NCBI GenBank assembly: GCA_043228905.1
Contig: JBHGNT010000005.1
Span: 19,716,001 to 19,780,000, forward strand
Reading direction: 5' to 3'
Source of the DNA: Azolla caroliniana
Lineage: Eukaryota > Plantae > Polypodiophyta
DNA length: 64,000 nucleotides
Positions 34,987 through 47,527 of the stretch are shown here, one piece after another; position 1 is the first letter of the stretch; every line of letters begins with the position of its first letter. The notes under the pieces are model-generated. The model searched no databases and was not told the DNA's origin. It saw nothing but the letters and a program-made list of their open reading frames with translations. The translations under genes were made by a program, and so were the position numbers.

Positions 34987-36541
34987 GTGGGGGCGGATGT
35001 CGTGAAGATTTTCATCCATAGGCGGAAAACCGAGCGAAGTAAGCAAACCCGCGATGTGCAACGTTGCACATCAAGATGTTGTATTTCTATTTGTCGATAG
35101 TGATAAGTGTGGTGCTAGAAATGCACCTTAGGATTTGTAAAGTGTAAAGGTGATGTGCTTTTGCGTGCACATCCACGTGAGAGAGAGAGATAGGTACATA
35201 GTAGTTCGTGTAGAGGTGGGAGTTAAGACCCATCCTTCCCACCTCCCCTAAAATCGAGGGAAATATCCCCATTGATTGAAGGGGGGATATTTTGTAGCAC
35301 CCTTTTGTAAACGGTCTTCTCTCCTTGTGCTATAAAAGGAGAGGAAGAGCACCATTGTGGGGGTTGCCTTATTTTGGAGTGTGAGTGAGGTATACCATTT
35401 CGTTTAGGGTTCCTTTGTTAGGGTTTCTTTTCTTCTTCGTCGGATTAGGGTTTCGGGTTTATCATAGTCGTTCGGTGCGGCCTACGCGGCCGCCATTTTG
35501 TAATCGGGTTTCGGTTCTAATATATCTTGTTGAGCATTTGGCCTCCATCTTCCTCTTGTTCATTCTTTCTCTTCTTGTGCTAAGCTCCATTCCGAAGTCC
35601 TATTCCTTCTCCCCTTTTCCTTAGTCCAAGACCCCCGTGGTTCCGCCCTTCTCCACGCACGCGCGTAACAACGTGACAACGTGATCGCAGTTTAGAGGGT
35701 TCCTTAACCAGGTACGATTAGTTATTCAAATGCATCCTTCCCGATATCCCATCAATGCATCACGAGAGAGTTTAGTAGGCACTTTGTTAAGTGGCTCAGC
35801 GTTGGCATGGTTCACTCCACTATTAGAAAAGGAATCTCCGTTACTCAACAATTTTGAAGAGTTTCTAGGTGAGTTTAAAGCATGTTTCGGAGATACTGAC
35901 AGCATCAGGACCGCAATCAACAAAATTCGGCGATTACGCCAAGGTGACCGTCCAGCCTCCACATACACTGCAGATTTTCGCCTACTCACCGCCGATATCC
36001 CTTGGGATAATCAAGTGTTGATGGAGCAATTCCGTTATGGTTTACGCAACGACGTCAAGGATTTACTCTTGACCTTCCTTGAAGAGCCAAAGTCCTTAAC
36101 AGAAGCAATCAGTCGCGCGGTGAGATGTGACAACCACCTCTTTGAGCGACGTTCGGAACGATAGCTACAGATGCCGAGGGCAAGATCAGAGCCCACCTAC
36201 GCCTTAGTGGTAGCAAGACCTTTTCCGAGGGAGTCATATAATGCGCCTCTAGCGAATACTCCGACTCCGATGGAGATTGACACTACACGTCGTCGAGGGC
36301 CATTATCCGAAGAAGAAAAGCAGTGGCGTTGTACAAATTGACTATGTCTTTACTGCGGTGGACCAGGACATATTGCAATAAATTGCCCCCATAGACCAAG
36401 AAAATAGGTAAACCAAATAGTCGCTAGTTCTAATTGTACTAAACCCGAGCCTATTTCAGTAGGGATATCTGATAGTCCTAATAGTACTAATATCCCAGAT
36501 CTAGCGAACAAATTTGATGTCCTTAGTTAGTTAGAAGAAGA

Positions 36542-36594
36542 GTTAAACGACTAAGTCCAGCCAAAATAGGAGCCGTTTGGTTGGACATCCCTAG
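36542..36594 (+). promoter_or_regulatory. Predicted -1 ribosomal frameshift signal (G_TTA_AAC plus stem-loop/pseudoknot) at the gag-pol junction
   Basis: The heptamer is in gag register, followed by a 6-nt spacer and the stem GTCCAGCCAAA/TTTGGTTGGAC. The -1 frame runs into the protease ORF. Conserved at 26621-26672 (-). Confidence 0.75.
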
Positions 36595-39500
36595 ATCTGT
36601 GCAACCCATTAGTGGTTCCATTCCCTCTAAGCAAGTTAGTGATGTGTTCGTAGCCCAAGTAATAGTTAGTACTAAAAGTACCCCTCCAGTACATGTCCTA
36701 GCACTCGTAGATTCCGGAGCTAACTCTTGCTTTATGGATAAGAAATTTTCTCAAGCTCATAAGATATCCCTAAGAAAACTCCAATGTCCAGCCTCTGTAG
36801 TAGTCATTGATGGACGTCCCATTGCTTCCGGAAATATCCTAGAAGAGTCAGAGCCCATTAATATTGTCCTAGATAACTTAGCATGTGTAGTATCATTTAA
36901 TATTATTAGTATCCCAGAACATCCCATAGTTTTAGGATTACCGTGGTTTGAGTTACATAACCCAGACATAGATCGGAGAACAAGAGAATCCGGTGTCGAC
37001 AAACCCAAGGGTCAACTCAGAAGATGGCAACCATTTCGCTACGTCAGTTGCATAAAGAAGGGTGCAAGGAGGAAATGTTCCTCTTTGCAATATCAGTAAA
37101 CCCCTCCAGCACCACTAAAGAAGAATCCACCATTCAACTTCCCGAGAAGTATCGTCATTATGCTGATGTGTTCGATAAAGTACAAGCCAACACACTTCCT
37201 CATCATCGACCGTACAATTGCCCCATTGATTTACAACCGGGAAAAGAGCCGCCATGGGGACCGATCTACAATTTGTCACCAACCGAGCTAGAAGTCCTTC
37301 GGGCCTATATAGAGGAGAATTTGGAAAATGGTTTCATTCGGCATTCGAAATCTCCAGCCAACATGCCCATTTTCTTCATCAAGAAAAAGGATGGATCGCT
37401 TCGTCTCGTTGTAGATTACCGTGGCTTGAATAAGGTTACAATCAGGAATAGGTATGCTCTTCCCCTTATCTCAAGTCTTTTAGAACGGATCAATGGTGTC
37501 AGGTTCTTCACAAAGATCGACTTACGAGGAGCATATAACCTCGTACAGATCCGACCAAGAGACGAATGGAAGACCGCGTTTCGCACCAAATATGGGCACT
37601 TCAAGTATACGGTCATGTCGTTCAGCCTCACTAATTCACCGGCAGTCTTCCAGCACATGGCTAATGATATATTCCGAGATCTATTGGATGATTGTTTGAT
37701 CATCTATTTGGATGATCTACTGATTTATTCAAAGACCCAAGAAGAACATGATTCTCATGTACTATTAGTACTAAAACGACTTCGAGAACATGGTTTGTAT
37801 GCAAAGCTGGAAAAATGTAGTTTCGGGTGCAACCAAGTGGAATTTCTCGGCTACATCATTTCGTCAGAAGGCATCTCCATGGACCCAGCTAAGGTCAAAA
37901 CGGTAGTAGAATGGCAGACTCCGCATTCGGTGCGGGATGTGCAATGCTTCCTAGGCTTTGCCAATTTTTACCGGAAGTTCATACAAGATTATTCGAAGAT
38001 CGTTCTACCTCTCACACAACTTACCAAGAAGGGACAACCGTTCATCTGGTCTGAAGAAACGGACATGGCTTTCGAGAGTCTTAAAAAGGCATTTACATTG
38101 GCTCCAATTCTAGCTCATGTCAATCCGGAAAAATCATTCATTATTGAAGCTGACGCATCGGATTTTGCATTGGGGAGCATTCTGTCACAACAGGGGAATG
38201 ATGAGAAGCTACATCCTGTGGCTTTTCACTCACGCAAGTTTGACACCGCCGAAATCAACTACAAAATTTATGATAAGGAGTTGTTGGCAATAGTGGATTC
38301 TTTTATGCAATGGAGGCATTTTCTTGAGGGATCCTCTCATCCAGTCACCGTATTTAGTGACCACAAGAACCTTGCCTACTTTTAGGATGCTCGTGTGTTG
38401 AATCGACGTCAAGCTCGGTGGGCCCACTTCCTCACGCATTTCGACTTCAAAATTACATATCGTCCGGGGAAGCACCAAGGGAAGGCAGATGCATTATCAC
38501 GACGTTAGTATCTAGCACCCCGTCCCGACGAGCCAGCTTTCGATAACCAAAAACAAGTCATCTTGGGACTGGCGCGACTACACGCAACACAGATCTTTGA
38601 CGTGCCCATGGATTCCCGCGTTATCGATACCATATGTGAAGACTCAAAGACAGATGCGTTCGCCCAAGCTATACTAGCACAAATTGATCCCTCTCAAGCG
38701 TCGTGTTCACAGTCGCAACCACCAGGTACGGACTATCGGCAATTCAAATACCATGATGGATTACTCTTATTTAAAGAACTTTTGTATGTTCCTAATGGTT
38801 CTTGCCACCTTCGAGTAGTACAAAACTGTCATGACACATATACAGCTGGGCATTTTGGTAGTACTAAAACATTAGATTTAGTACAACGATCATTCTGGTA
38901 GCCCTGTATGCGACAATTTGTCGAGGATTTTGTTCGGACTTGTGATACATGTTGTAGAGCGAAAATGCCAAGGCATCATCCATATGGTTTATTAGAACCA
39001 TTACCAATTCCAAGCAAGCCGTGGCAATCCATTGCTTTAGACTTCATCACATATCTTCCAATCTCTAAGGAGTTCAATGCGATTCTAACGGTGGTCAATC
39101 GATATACGAAGATTGCTCATTTCTTGCCATGTATTAAGGAGATCTCCAGTGAAGACACTGCCAAAATTGTCATGCGTGAAGTATGTCGGCATCATGGACT
39201 TCCCGATAGTATCATCAACGACCATGGACCCTAGTTCGTGTCAAAATTCTGGAAGCACCTTTTTAACATGCTCAAGGTCACTTGTAACCTCTCCTCCGGC
39301 TACCACCCACAAACCGACGGCTAAGCCGAACGAACAAATCAAACGTTGGAGCAGTATCTACGGTGCTTTCTCAGCTATCATCAGGATGACTGGGCAGATA
39401 TTCTCCACTTCGCTAAATTTGCCTATAACAACTCTATCCACGCATCCACTAAAGTTACGCCATTTTATGCTTATACGGGATGTCACCCCCGGTGGAGTGT

Positions 39501-40512
39501 ACTTGAAACCCCAGAGGTGTCCACAAATCCGTGCGCAGAGGATCGTTTGGAGCGGTTACGCAAGATACAGGCGGATTTATCTACTCATCTCCAGCAAACT
39601 CAACAAACACACAAGGTCTACGCGGATTGTCATCGACTTCCATCCAGTTTTAATATTGGAGAATCGGGTGTGGCTGCTACGACGACACATCAAGACTACT
39701 CGCCCATGTGAGAAGTTGGATTATCGGCGATTAGGTCCTTTTTGTATTATTGGAAAGATTAATGATGTCGCTTTTCATCTCGATTTACCTCCTCAACTTC
39801 AAATACATCCGATGTTTCATAGTTCTCTCCTCGAACTCTATCACGAGAGCACCATCCCAGGACGTCTTATACAACCTCCACCCCCGATCGAGCTTGAAGA
39901 TGGGCCAGAGTACGAGGTTGCCGCCATCCTTGATTCCAAGATTGTTCGCAACAAGCTCTACTATCTAGTCGATTGGCTAGGCTATAGTCCCAGCGAACGT
40001 ACTTGGGAACCAATCGAGAATGTGACCAATGCTCGTGCTCTTCTTGAAGACTTCCATCGTCAATATCCACACAAACTGGGTCCTCAATCCAAGACGACTC
40101 GTGACACTCGTTGTTTATATGGTTGAGCTCTTGACCATTATATCATCTATTGTAATACGTAGGATATTATTTTCATTTACATTTTATTATAGGAAATTAA
40201 TGTATATTCCAGATTTCTCTGGAACATTCTAGAAGCTTTAGGATTACTCTTGGAAACACACTATAAAAGAGGCCACTAGGCATTATGTTGAACCAAATTG
40301 GTTCAACGCCAGTCTTAAGCCTTTAGCCACCATTGTATATTCTCTTCACATAATACATATCTTTCTTATCATCACTCTCTCCCTTTCTCAATCTCTCTCT
40401 TTCTCTCCGTCTCACTCACTTCTTCCTTTTCTCAAAGAAGTTCTACACCTCTCATAGTACTAATCCTTCGTTTAGTACTAATTCCTTCTCTGTCTTAGTA
40501 TTGTTCTTGATA

Positions 40513-41570
40513 GTTAGCTATGTGAGGAGATAATTAGCTATTAAGGTCACTAATTAGCTACTATCAATAACTAGTTAGCTATGTCAAGAGCTAATTAGCT
40601 ACTCTTAATGGCTAATTAGCTACTCTTAATGGCTAATTAGCTACTACAAGAGTATGATCATAGCTAATCAGCTACCACACTATATCTAACTAGGTACATC
40701 ATGGCGCATTTTTTATACTCATTGGACTCCCTTTTTTATTTTTTTATTTTTTTTCAAAAAGATACACCTTAGTATTATAAAATCATAAGAACTACAAAAG
40801 TTGTGTTGGATAAACAAATATACCAACAGATTCACTTGTACTCTCATAATGGCCAAATTGATGAGTATATACAATAACCACACATAGTTTTTTGTACATT
40901 CCTTGCTTTCTCCAAGCCGTGAGCTTGGGTTCATGACCCTTTATTTGTGGACTCCCTTTTTATTACGCAGGTTGATTTATTTATTAGGTTCAGGAGAATG
41001 CATCGAAATATCAAAGTTCAACTACGAACAATCAAGTCTCTTAAGCCACACTTTGTGAGACGCTTAAAGGATTAATACACATGTTGCATTTACCATGTTG
41101 TTTCCAATATTTCATGGCTTTTCACAACATTGCCTAATTCAGTACAATCTTCCAAAAGAATAGGGTGGAGTTTATCTGAAGGAGATGTGATAGCAAGACT
41201 CTTACTTTCAGCCATGTTGCTAGCTATCTCCTCATCGGTTGCGGCGTCATCAGCATCGGACACCTCATGCAACCTCCTTAATCCACGAGATTCTACAACA
41301 ACATGTCAGCTAATTAGCGGCTTCTCTTGTGTTTTTCTATGACCTTAGCTCAATTCTAAACATGATAGCTAATTAGCTACATGGTAGGTAATTAGAGGCC
41401 ACTCTTGATACTGCTACATCTTACCTAAATGGTTATTCTTCTTAATTATGGCAGTAGCTAATTAGCTACCACTTAGCTAGTTAACTACATCTTAGCTAAT
41501 TAGTTGCTAGACTATATGTTGGCAATAGTTAATTAGCTACCACTTAACTAATTAGCTAGGATAGTGAGAG
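40513..41570. repeat. Continuation of TAGCTAATTAGCTA palindromic repeats (40513-40700 and ~41300-41570)
   Basis: Same motif family as 28690-29215; includes an exact 21-bp duplication, gctaattagctactcttaatg. Confidence 0.7.
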
Positions 41571-43323
41571 GATGAATTTATTGTGGATCCTGTTATAATA
41601 ATTACAATATGTCTTCATTAATTTAAGGAGTTCATTGGACCACAATCGTTTATGACGAATAAGGTGATTAGAGCACATCATGAATTTTACAATGTGGTTG
41701 GACTTATTGTGCATGACCTCCTTAGTCATGAATTGGATGCAAATTTCACAAACGATTAGGTGGACACTACTTTAAGACATTTTCCTAGTGGTAAGACCCC
41801 TTACTAAGATGTCTTGATGTTTAGATATCAAGCTCAACTAGTTTTACTCATTTTGTTAACCATGTAACTTAGTAGTTAGGTAAATAGAATCTAGTTATTA
41901 TGTTGACGATAAACCCTTAAATAGGATTTTGTATCTGGTAATTAAGTGGGACACATTCTAGATTCCCCACTTTAGTATATTGATTATAAACCCTTAAATG
42001 AGATTTTATACCTCGTAATTAACTGGGATACATTCTAGATTCCCCACTACGAAACCCATTTAAGATAGGACTTACACCTTTGTACCTATATTCTCTTCCC
42101 ATATGTGCACCCTTGCACATGAGATAAATATATACCCAATTGTGGGTATTTTGTAACCTGATGCTTATTAATATAAGGAAAGGTTCTTTAAGCTATACTC
42201 TTGTCTTAATCATCCCCCATTAATTGTTCATTAAGTTTAATCCGCTTATTTAACTTTCCCTCTCACACACACATACAAACACATCTCATAGTCTTTCGTT
42301 ACTTAATCACATATGTGATTAACCACACATAATTAGATACTAATTAACCCATAGTTAATTATCTAATTATTAACACTTCACAAATAAAGTTTTTAAGCAA
42401 TATTCCAATAGTTTAAAGGGACCCCAAACTTTGATGTTTCAATATTGTTGAGATTTTGGTTGTATGCCTCAAGCTTTGAAGGTTGGTATCATTAAATTCG
42501 TTTATAAGGTGACATTGCTCAAGTCATTTCACCAATGGCAACCTATTTCTTTGATGAGGGTTGTATAAGTAGCAATGGGCCCAGTTTCGGCTCAAACTGA
42601 ACCGAACCGTTAAACCGTGGTTTAACGGTTTATTGGTTCAAAGATAAATAAACTGTTTGGTTTGGTTTCAAATGTTATGATCCAGTTTGGTTTTGATTCG
42701 GTATGGTTTTGAATTTCATGGTTTAATGGTTTATCGGTTTCGTCTATGTGGTTCGGTTTAAAGGTTTTTAAGTTTAACAGTTTATAGGTTTATAGGTTAA
42801 AAAATATTCTTAAATTTTCATCTCTAGGCTCTAACTTTCAACTTTTAATTTTAAACCTTTAGGCTCTAACTTATTAAATTTTATATGCATTTTAAGTAGA
42901 GTCTCCTTTTGATGTATGATTATCAAATTTATGATAAGTATTATGACCAAATTTATGACAGGTATGATCAATGTTGCCTTTTGACACCCGTTTTGACTGT
43001 TTTTGGCAAATTTAACCGTATATGAAGGTTAATTTGAAAATGAAACCGTCAATCTTGACGGGCTTATATTTTATAAAAACGTAAAAATGAAGGTTTAAAA
43101 GTTGTTAATATCGTCAAATTGTGCTAAGGCCAAAACAATAGTACATGTATTAGTAGTTACAAATTACAATTCATAGGCTATAGCATATAGTTTTATTTGA
43201 GAAGGGTAAATGTGTAAACATATGTTATGTGATATGATAAAGGAGAAGAAGTGCCCGGACATATGCATAGTGTGAAAATAAACTTAGGGCTTCTTCTATT
43301 TTAAGCCCATTCCTCTCTTTTAT

Positions 43324-43329
<6 letters not shown>

Positions 43330-43383
<54 letters not shown>
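43330..43383. repeat. (CT)n microsatellite
   Basis: About 27 CT units. Confidence 0.95.
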
Positions 43384-43386
<3 letters not shown>

Positions 43387-43806
43387 GTAAATAATGGCTT
43401 TATTACGAAAGAAAAACACCACCATGACTAACTTACTACAAAGTATAGAACCCCTTCTATCTATGGGATCTAAAGACTACTACGACTCTAAACTCAATGC
43501 CACCCTACACACTAATTCAAATGGCGAATATAATGATATGTGACCTCGTAGAGTTCTCTCTCTTCATGGTTGAGATTTCGTGACTTCTCTAGCACTGTCA
43601 ATTGCCACAAAAGAAGTCCTTTTAACTTTAGAATATATTTTCTCTCTCTCTCCACTTGCTTCTACTTCTTTCTTGATTTCTCTCTCACTCTCTCCCTTGC
43701 TTTAATCAAGTTGTAATTCTTTCTTTCTTTCTTTCTCAAGCTCTTTGCTTTGATCAAGTTGTACTTTGTTCTTTCTCTCTTTCCCACCCTCTCTCTCACT
43801 CACAAG

Positions 43807-46800
43807 CATAGTTCTAGCCATACGTCTCAAACGCGTCATACTCATACGTGAATATTCGTATCATACTCATACGTGAAATGGCTCCAAGTATGATTGGAAT
43901 CCATTCATCTATATTTATTTTTATTTTTATTTTTATTACTCTAAAAAAATTTTAAAAATATGAAAAATAAAAAATAATCAAGATTTTTATAAACAAAAAT
44001 CAAGACCATAATTTCATTGAAAACTAACAAAATAGCATCCAAAATTCTAAACATGAACCAAAATTTATCCAAAGTTCAAAGTTCAAACATGAACATTAAC
44101 CTAGAAAGTAGCTCTAAATTCATAGTACTAATAGTTAATCTCATCTCTCTACTCTTGAGGTGCATTGTCAATGTTAACATCTTGCCCATCATCTTCTTCT
44201 TCTTCGAAATCCTCATTAACCATAGTTGCATGTTGTCTTTGCAATACCAAAAGCCTATCATCATCTTCTTCTTTATTAATCATATCCAAAGTCACTTCTA
44301 TACGGCATGAATCTCTTTCTTTGACTTTCTTTAATAGACGATGGTTTGTATGCAAGTATACCAGCTTCTCTATATGATCATGACTCAACCTATTTCTCCT
44401 CTTAGTGTGTATCAATGAAAAGGTACTCCAATTTCCCTCACATGGAGATGCACAAGTACCTTGAGAAAGCACTCGTATCGCAAGTTTACTTAAATTTGGG
44501 GTTTCTCCTCCAAATAATTCCCACCACTTAACACCTTCTTTCATTCTAGTAGGATCATTTGAAGGTGGAAGTTGAAAAATACCCTTCTCTTTAGTTTTAT
44601 AAGCATGATACTCATCTAATAAATTACCTTGCATCTTAATGTCACCATTTGCATATCGCATAATGGTGTCTATCCAACTAGCATTCACCACATTATCAAA
44701 AACTTGAGAATTTTCCCACCAATTTGGATGTAAGAGATATCCAATTGCATGTAATGGTGAATGTAACATTTTGCATCTATCCATGCATAATCCTCTAATT
44801 TCATCAAGCAACATGTTATTGATTCCTTGCATTTTATTTATTTCTTCTACCATTCGTCGTGTACATTCATATATCAACCCCGTTGTTGCACCTTCTCTAT
44901 CCGCCAATCGCAACACTTTTAAAATTGGTGAGCATATTTCCACTATCATCTTTACATTTGACCAAAAGGAAGCATTCAATATTATCGAAACTACTTCTTC
45001 TGCTTATTGCGTTTTAGATCCCTTCCATTGGCACCATTCTTCGCTAACTACCATTCTTCTTAAACCACTATACACTCTATCATCCAACAAATTTGATAGC
45101 ACAATGAAACTATAAGCAAACCTTGTAGTAGAAGGCTTCAACAATTCCTTTTTACTAAACTTGCGAAACATTGCAAGCACATATAGCTTTCTTGTGATGA
45201 ACGTAGTAACCTTCATACCTAATCTCAGAGCATCATTAACCCAAGCACATTTTCCTATATCCTCAAACAACAAATCAAGGCAATGACATGTGCATCAAGT
45301 AAAAAATATCATGGGCCACTCTTTCTCTATCATATGTCCCGCTGCCACACAATTTGATGCATTATCCATGCATACTTGCATAACATTTGTTGGGCCAATT
45401 TCAAGAATGGTAGCTTTTAGAATATTAAAGATATACTCCCCCGTTTTACATTCTCCACTTGTATCCACAGACCTCAAAAACACTGAACCAAACATTGATG
45501 AAGCTAGAACATTAATTATTGGCCTATTTCTAGTATCTGACCAACCATCACTGACTATAGTGCATCCATATATTTTCCATTTCTCTTTGATGCATGAAAG
45601 TTTATCTTCAACAATTTTTACTTCTTCATCTAAGTGCCTCTTTCCCAATTGGAAAGAACTTGGTGGCTTATATGACGGACCAGCCTTTGCAATTGCTTGA
45701 ACCATATCATGAAAAAAGGAACTATCAACCTTAAGATGTGGAATATCCTCTACAAAAAAGAATCTTCTCACTGATTCATCGGCATTTTTATTCAAACTTT
45801 TTTGCCAAGAGATTTGTAGGGATCCACTAGAATTCTCAATTGTCCTCTTCTTACATGATGAAGATGACATGTCAACTACAGATGCACAAGTAGATGGCAC
45901 AACATTGGCATTAGATGTACTTATATCGACATTATTCTCACTTTCTGTAATAGAATTTTCATTAGCATTAATATTTTCATGAGCATCCACATCCGATACT
46001 AATTTTTGTATCTCATCTTCTATTGCTCCAGTGACTTTGCGGCATTTATCCACACCTTGTCCTTTTAGCCCCAAAAGATGGGCTTTAATTCGGTGTGGAC
46101 CACCAGCAAACACGTGTTTGCAATATTTGCATTCATTTATATGCATTCCTTTATTGTTTCTCTTCACGACAGTAATGTGGTCCCATAAAAAGCTCTTTTG
46201 TTTGCCCATACTACAATCACATTAATTTATAAATCAACAATTTAGGAAGTGAGTTAACAAATCTACAATCACGTTGATATTAATATATAAAAGAACATTA
46301 GAAAACTACAATTACATTGATTTAATAAAACTACAATCCTTTTGAGGTGCTTTTCCTTCTCAGAGTTTATTAAGTTCTATTCGATTTCGGGCAACATTGC
46401 CTCAATATAATTCATTTCTATGTCACTTTCTATGTTACTTTCTATCTTATGTTTCAAATTTCAATATCAAAAATTTCTATGGCTAAAAGCCAAAAGGTTC
46501 AATGGTGATTATCTCTCTCCAAAGGCCAAATTTCAATTAGATGAAAACATGAACAACTAGTTAAATTCTCTACATTATTACGAATCCTATATGGCCAAGA
46601 GGTATTACTTTTCAGCACATTAAGACCTTCTCAATCCCATGCAAGACAAATCACAAACCTAAGACAAAGATGCATCATGCAATTTGTTGTTTCTCTTCCT
46701 CTTTCAATTATTCGATTAAAAAAACCAAAAAAATGGGTAGTGAAGGGGTGGGGAAGGGCGACATGTCTAGTTTTCTTATCCCTTGCATCCATTATTTGAG

Positions 46801-47527
46801 AAAAACATGCATTTGTAGTATGTACAACCTGAAATTAAAGCTGATTTGCACATACAAACATCCATAATTCCATAATCTCATTTAGTGTTTTATGAGTTCT
46901 TGGGTTTTTGTTAAGATTTTGAGGGTTTTTTCCCAAATTTTCGTTTTAGGGTTTGATCTCATGCTCATTGAATGATTTAACAATTGTATAGACATTAGAA
47001 ATACATGAATTCAGGATAACAATTTACCTTTACGCTTCCAAGAAGAATCAAACGAGACAAATCGGTAAGGCGGCAGGTTGTAGGCGGCCCGCGGGTGAGC
47101 GGGAATCAGGATTCGGGATTCGGGATTCGGGATTTGGGAATCAGAAATTAGAAATTAGAAATCAGCCTGTTCGTTTTGTCCTTCACAAAAATCTGATTTT
47201 CACTCAAAGCTCTCGATTCTCTTCACGATTTTCTCCTCACAGAAATCTGATTTTCACTCAAAGCTCTCGATTCTCTACGGTCGACTGAGGACTCTCGATT
47301 CTCAGACTCTCAAACTCTCAGAGACTCAGACTCATCACTCGTCACTGCTCAATGCTCAGTGCTCACAACGCAACGACGCATCAGAAAAACCCCCCCAAAA
47401 AAACACCCAAACCCCCCCCCCCCCAAAAAAAAAAAAACCCAAACGAATATTGCGTATCATACGCGTACGTTTGCAAACGTTCGCGTACGTCCAATAAATT
47501 GGACGTACGCGAATATTAGGAACTATG
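43807..47527 (-). mobile_element. hAT transposon with a BED/DUF659-type transposase
   Basis: TIR CATAGTTC; perfect 8-bp TSD CTCACAAG; ACGT/ACGCG subterminal motifs. Confidence 0.92.
44149..46209 (-). pseudogene. hAT transposase (zf-BED, DUF659, hAT dimerisation) with two in-frame stops
   Basis: The three ORF-track pieces share one frame. CKYC..RIKAHL, SDGWSD, MDNASN, CHCLDL, WWELFG, CEGNWSTF. Stops at ~45295 (TGA) and ~45004 (TAA). Confidence 0.9.

Larger units (their letters stand above)
30004..35678 (+). mobile_element. Young non-autonomous (pol-less, TR-GAG-like) LTR element
   Basis: 681-bp LTRs 30004-30684 and 34998-35678 (about 3 mismatches seen); PBS tRNA-Trp; PPT AGGTGGGGGCGGA; 4-bp TSD ACGT; one long ORF. 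Confidence 0.93.
29216..40512 (+). mobile_element. Full-length degenerate Gypsy chromovirus (Tcn1/Tf1-sushi-like) with chromodomain integrase
   Basis: 5' LTR 29216-29650; 3' LTR ~40115-40512 (PPT and first ~38 bp deleted); TSD GTTAG. gag 29724-30003 + 35683-36554, PR LVDSGA, RT YLDD, RNase H, IN, GPF, chromodomain YEVAAIL..YLVDWLGY..TWEP. Confidence 0.93.

Noticed and set aside
41591-42374. Possible solo LTR (TGTTA..TAACA, internal ~63-bp direct repeat at ~41909/41986)
   Set aside because: No matching TSD, PBS or PPT, and no second copy in the window.
47386-47440. A/C homopolymer tract as telomeric repeat
   Set aside because: Irregular runs, not TTTAGGG units; low complexity or base-calling noise.
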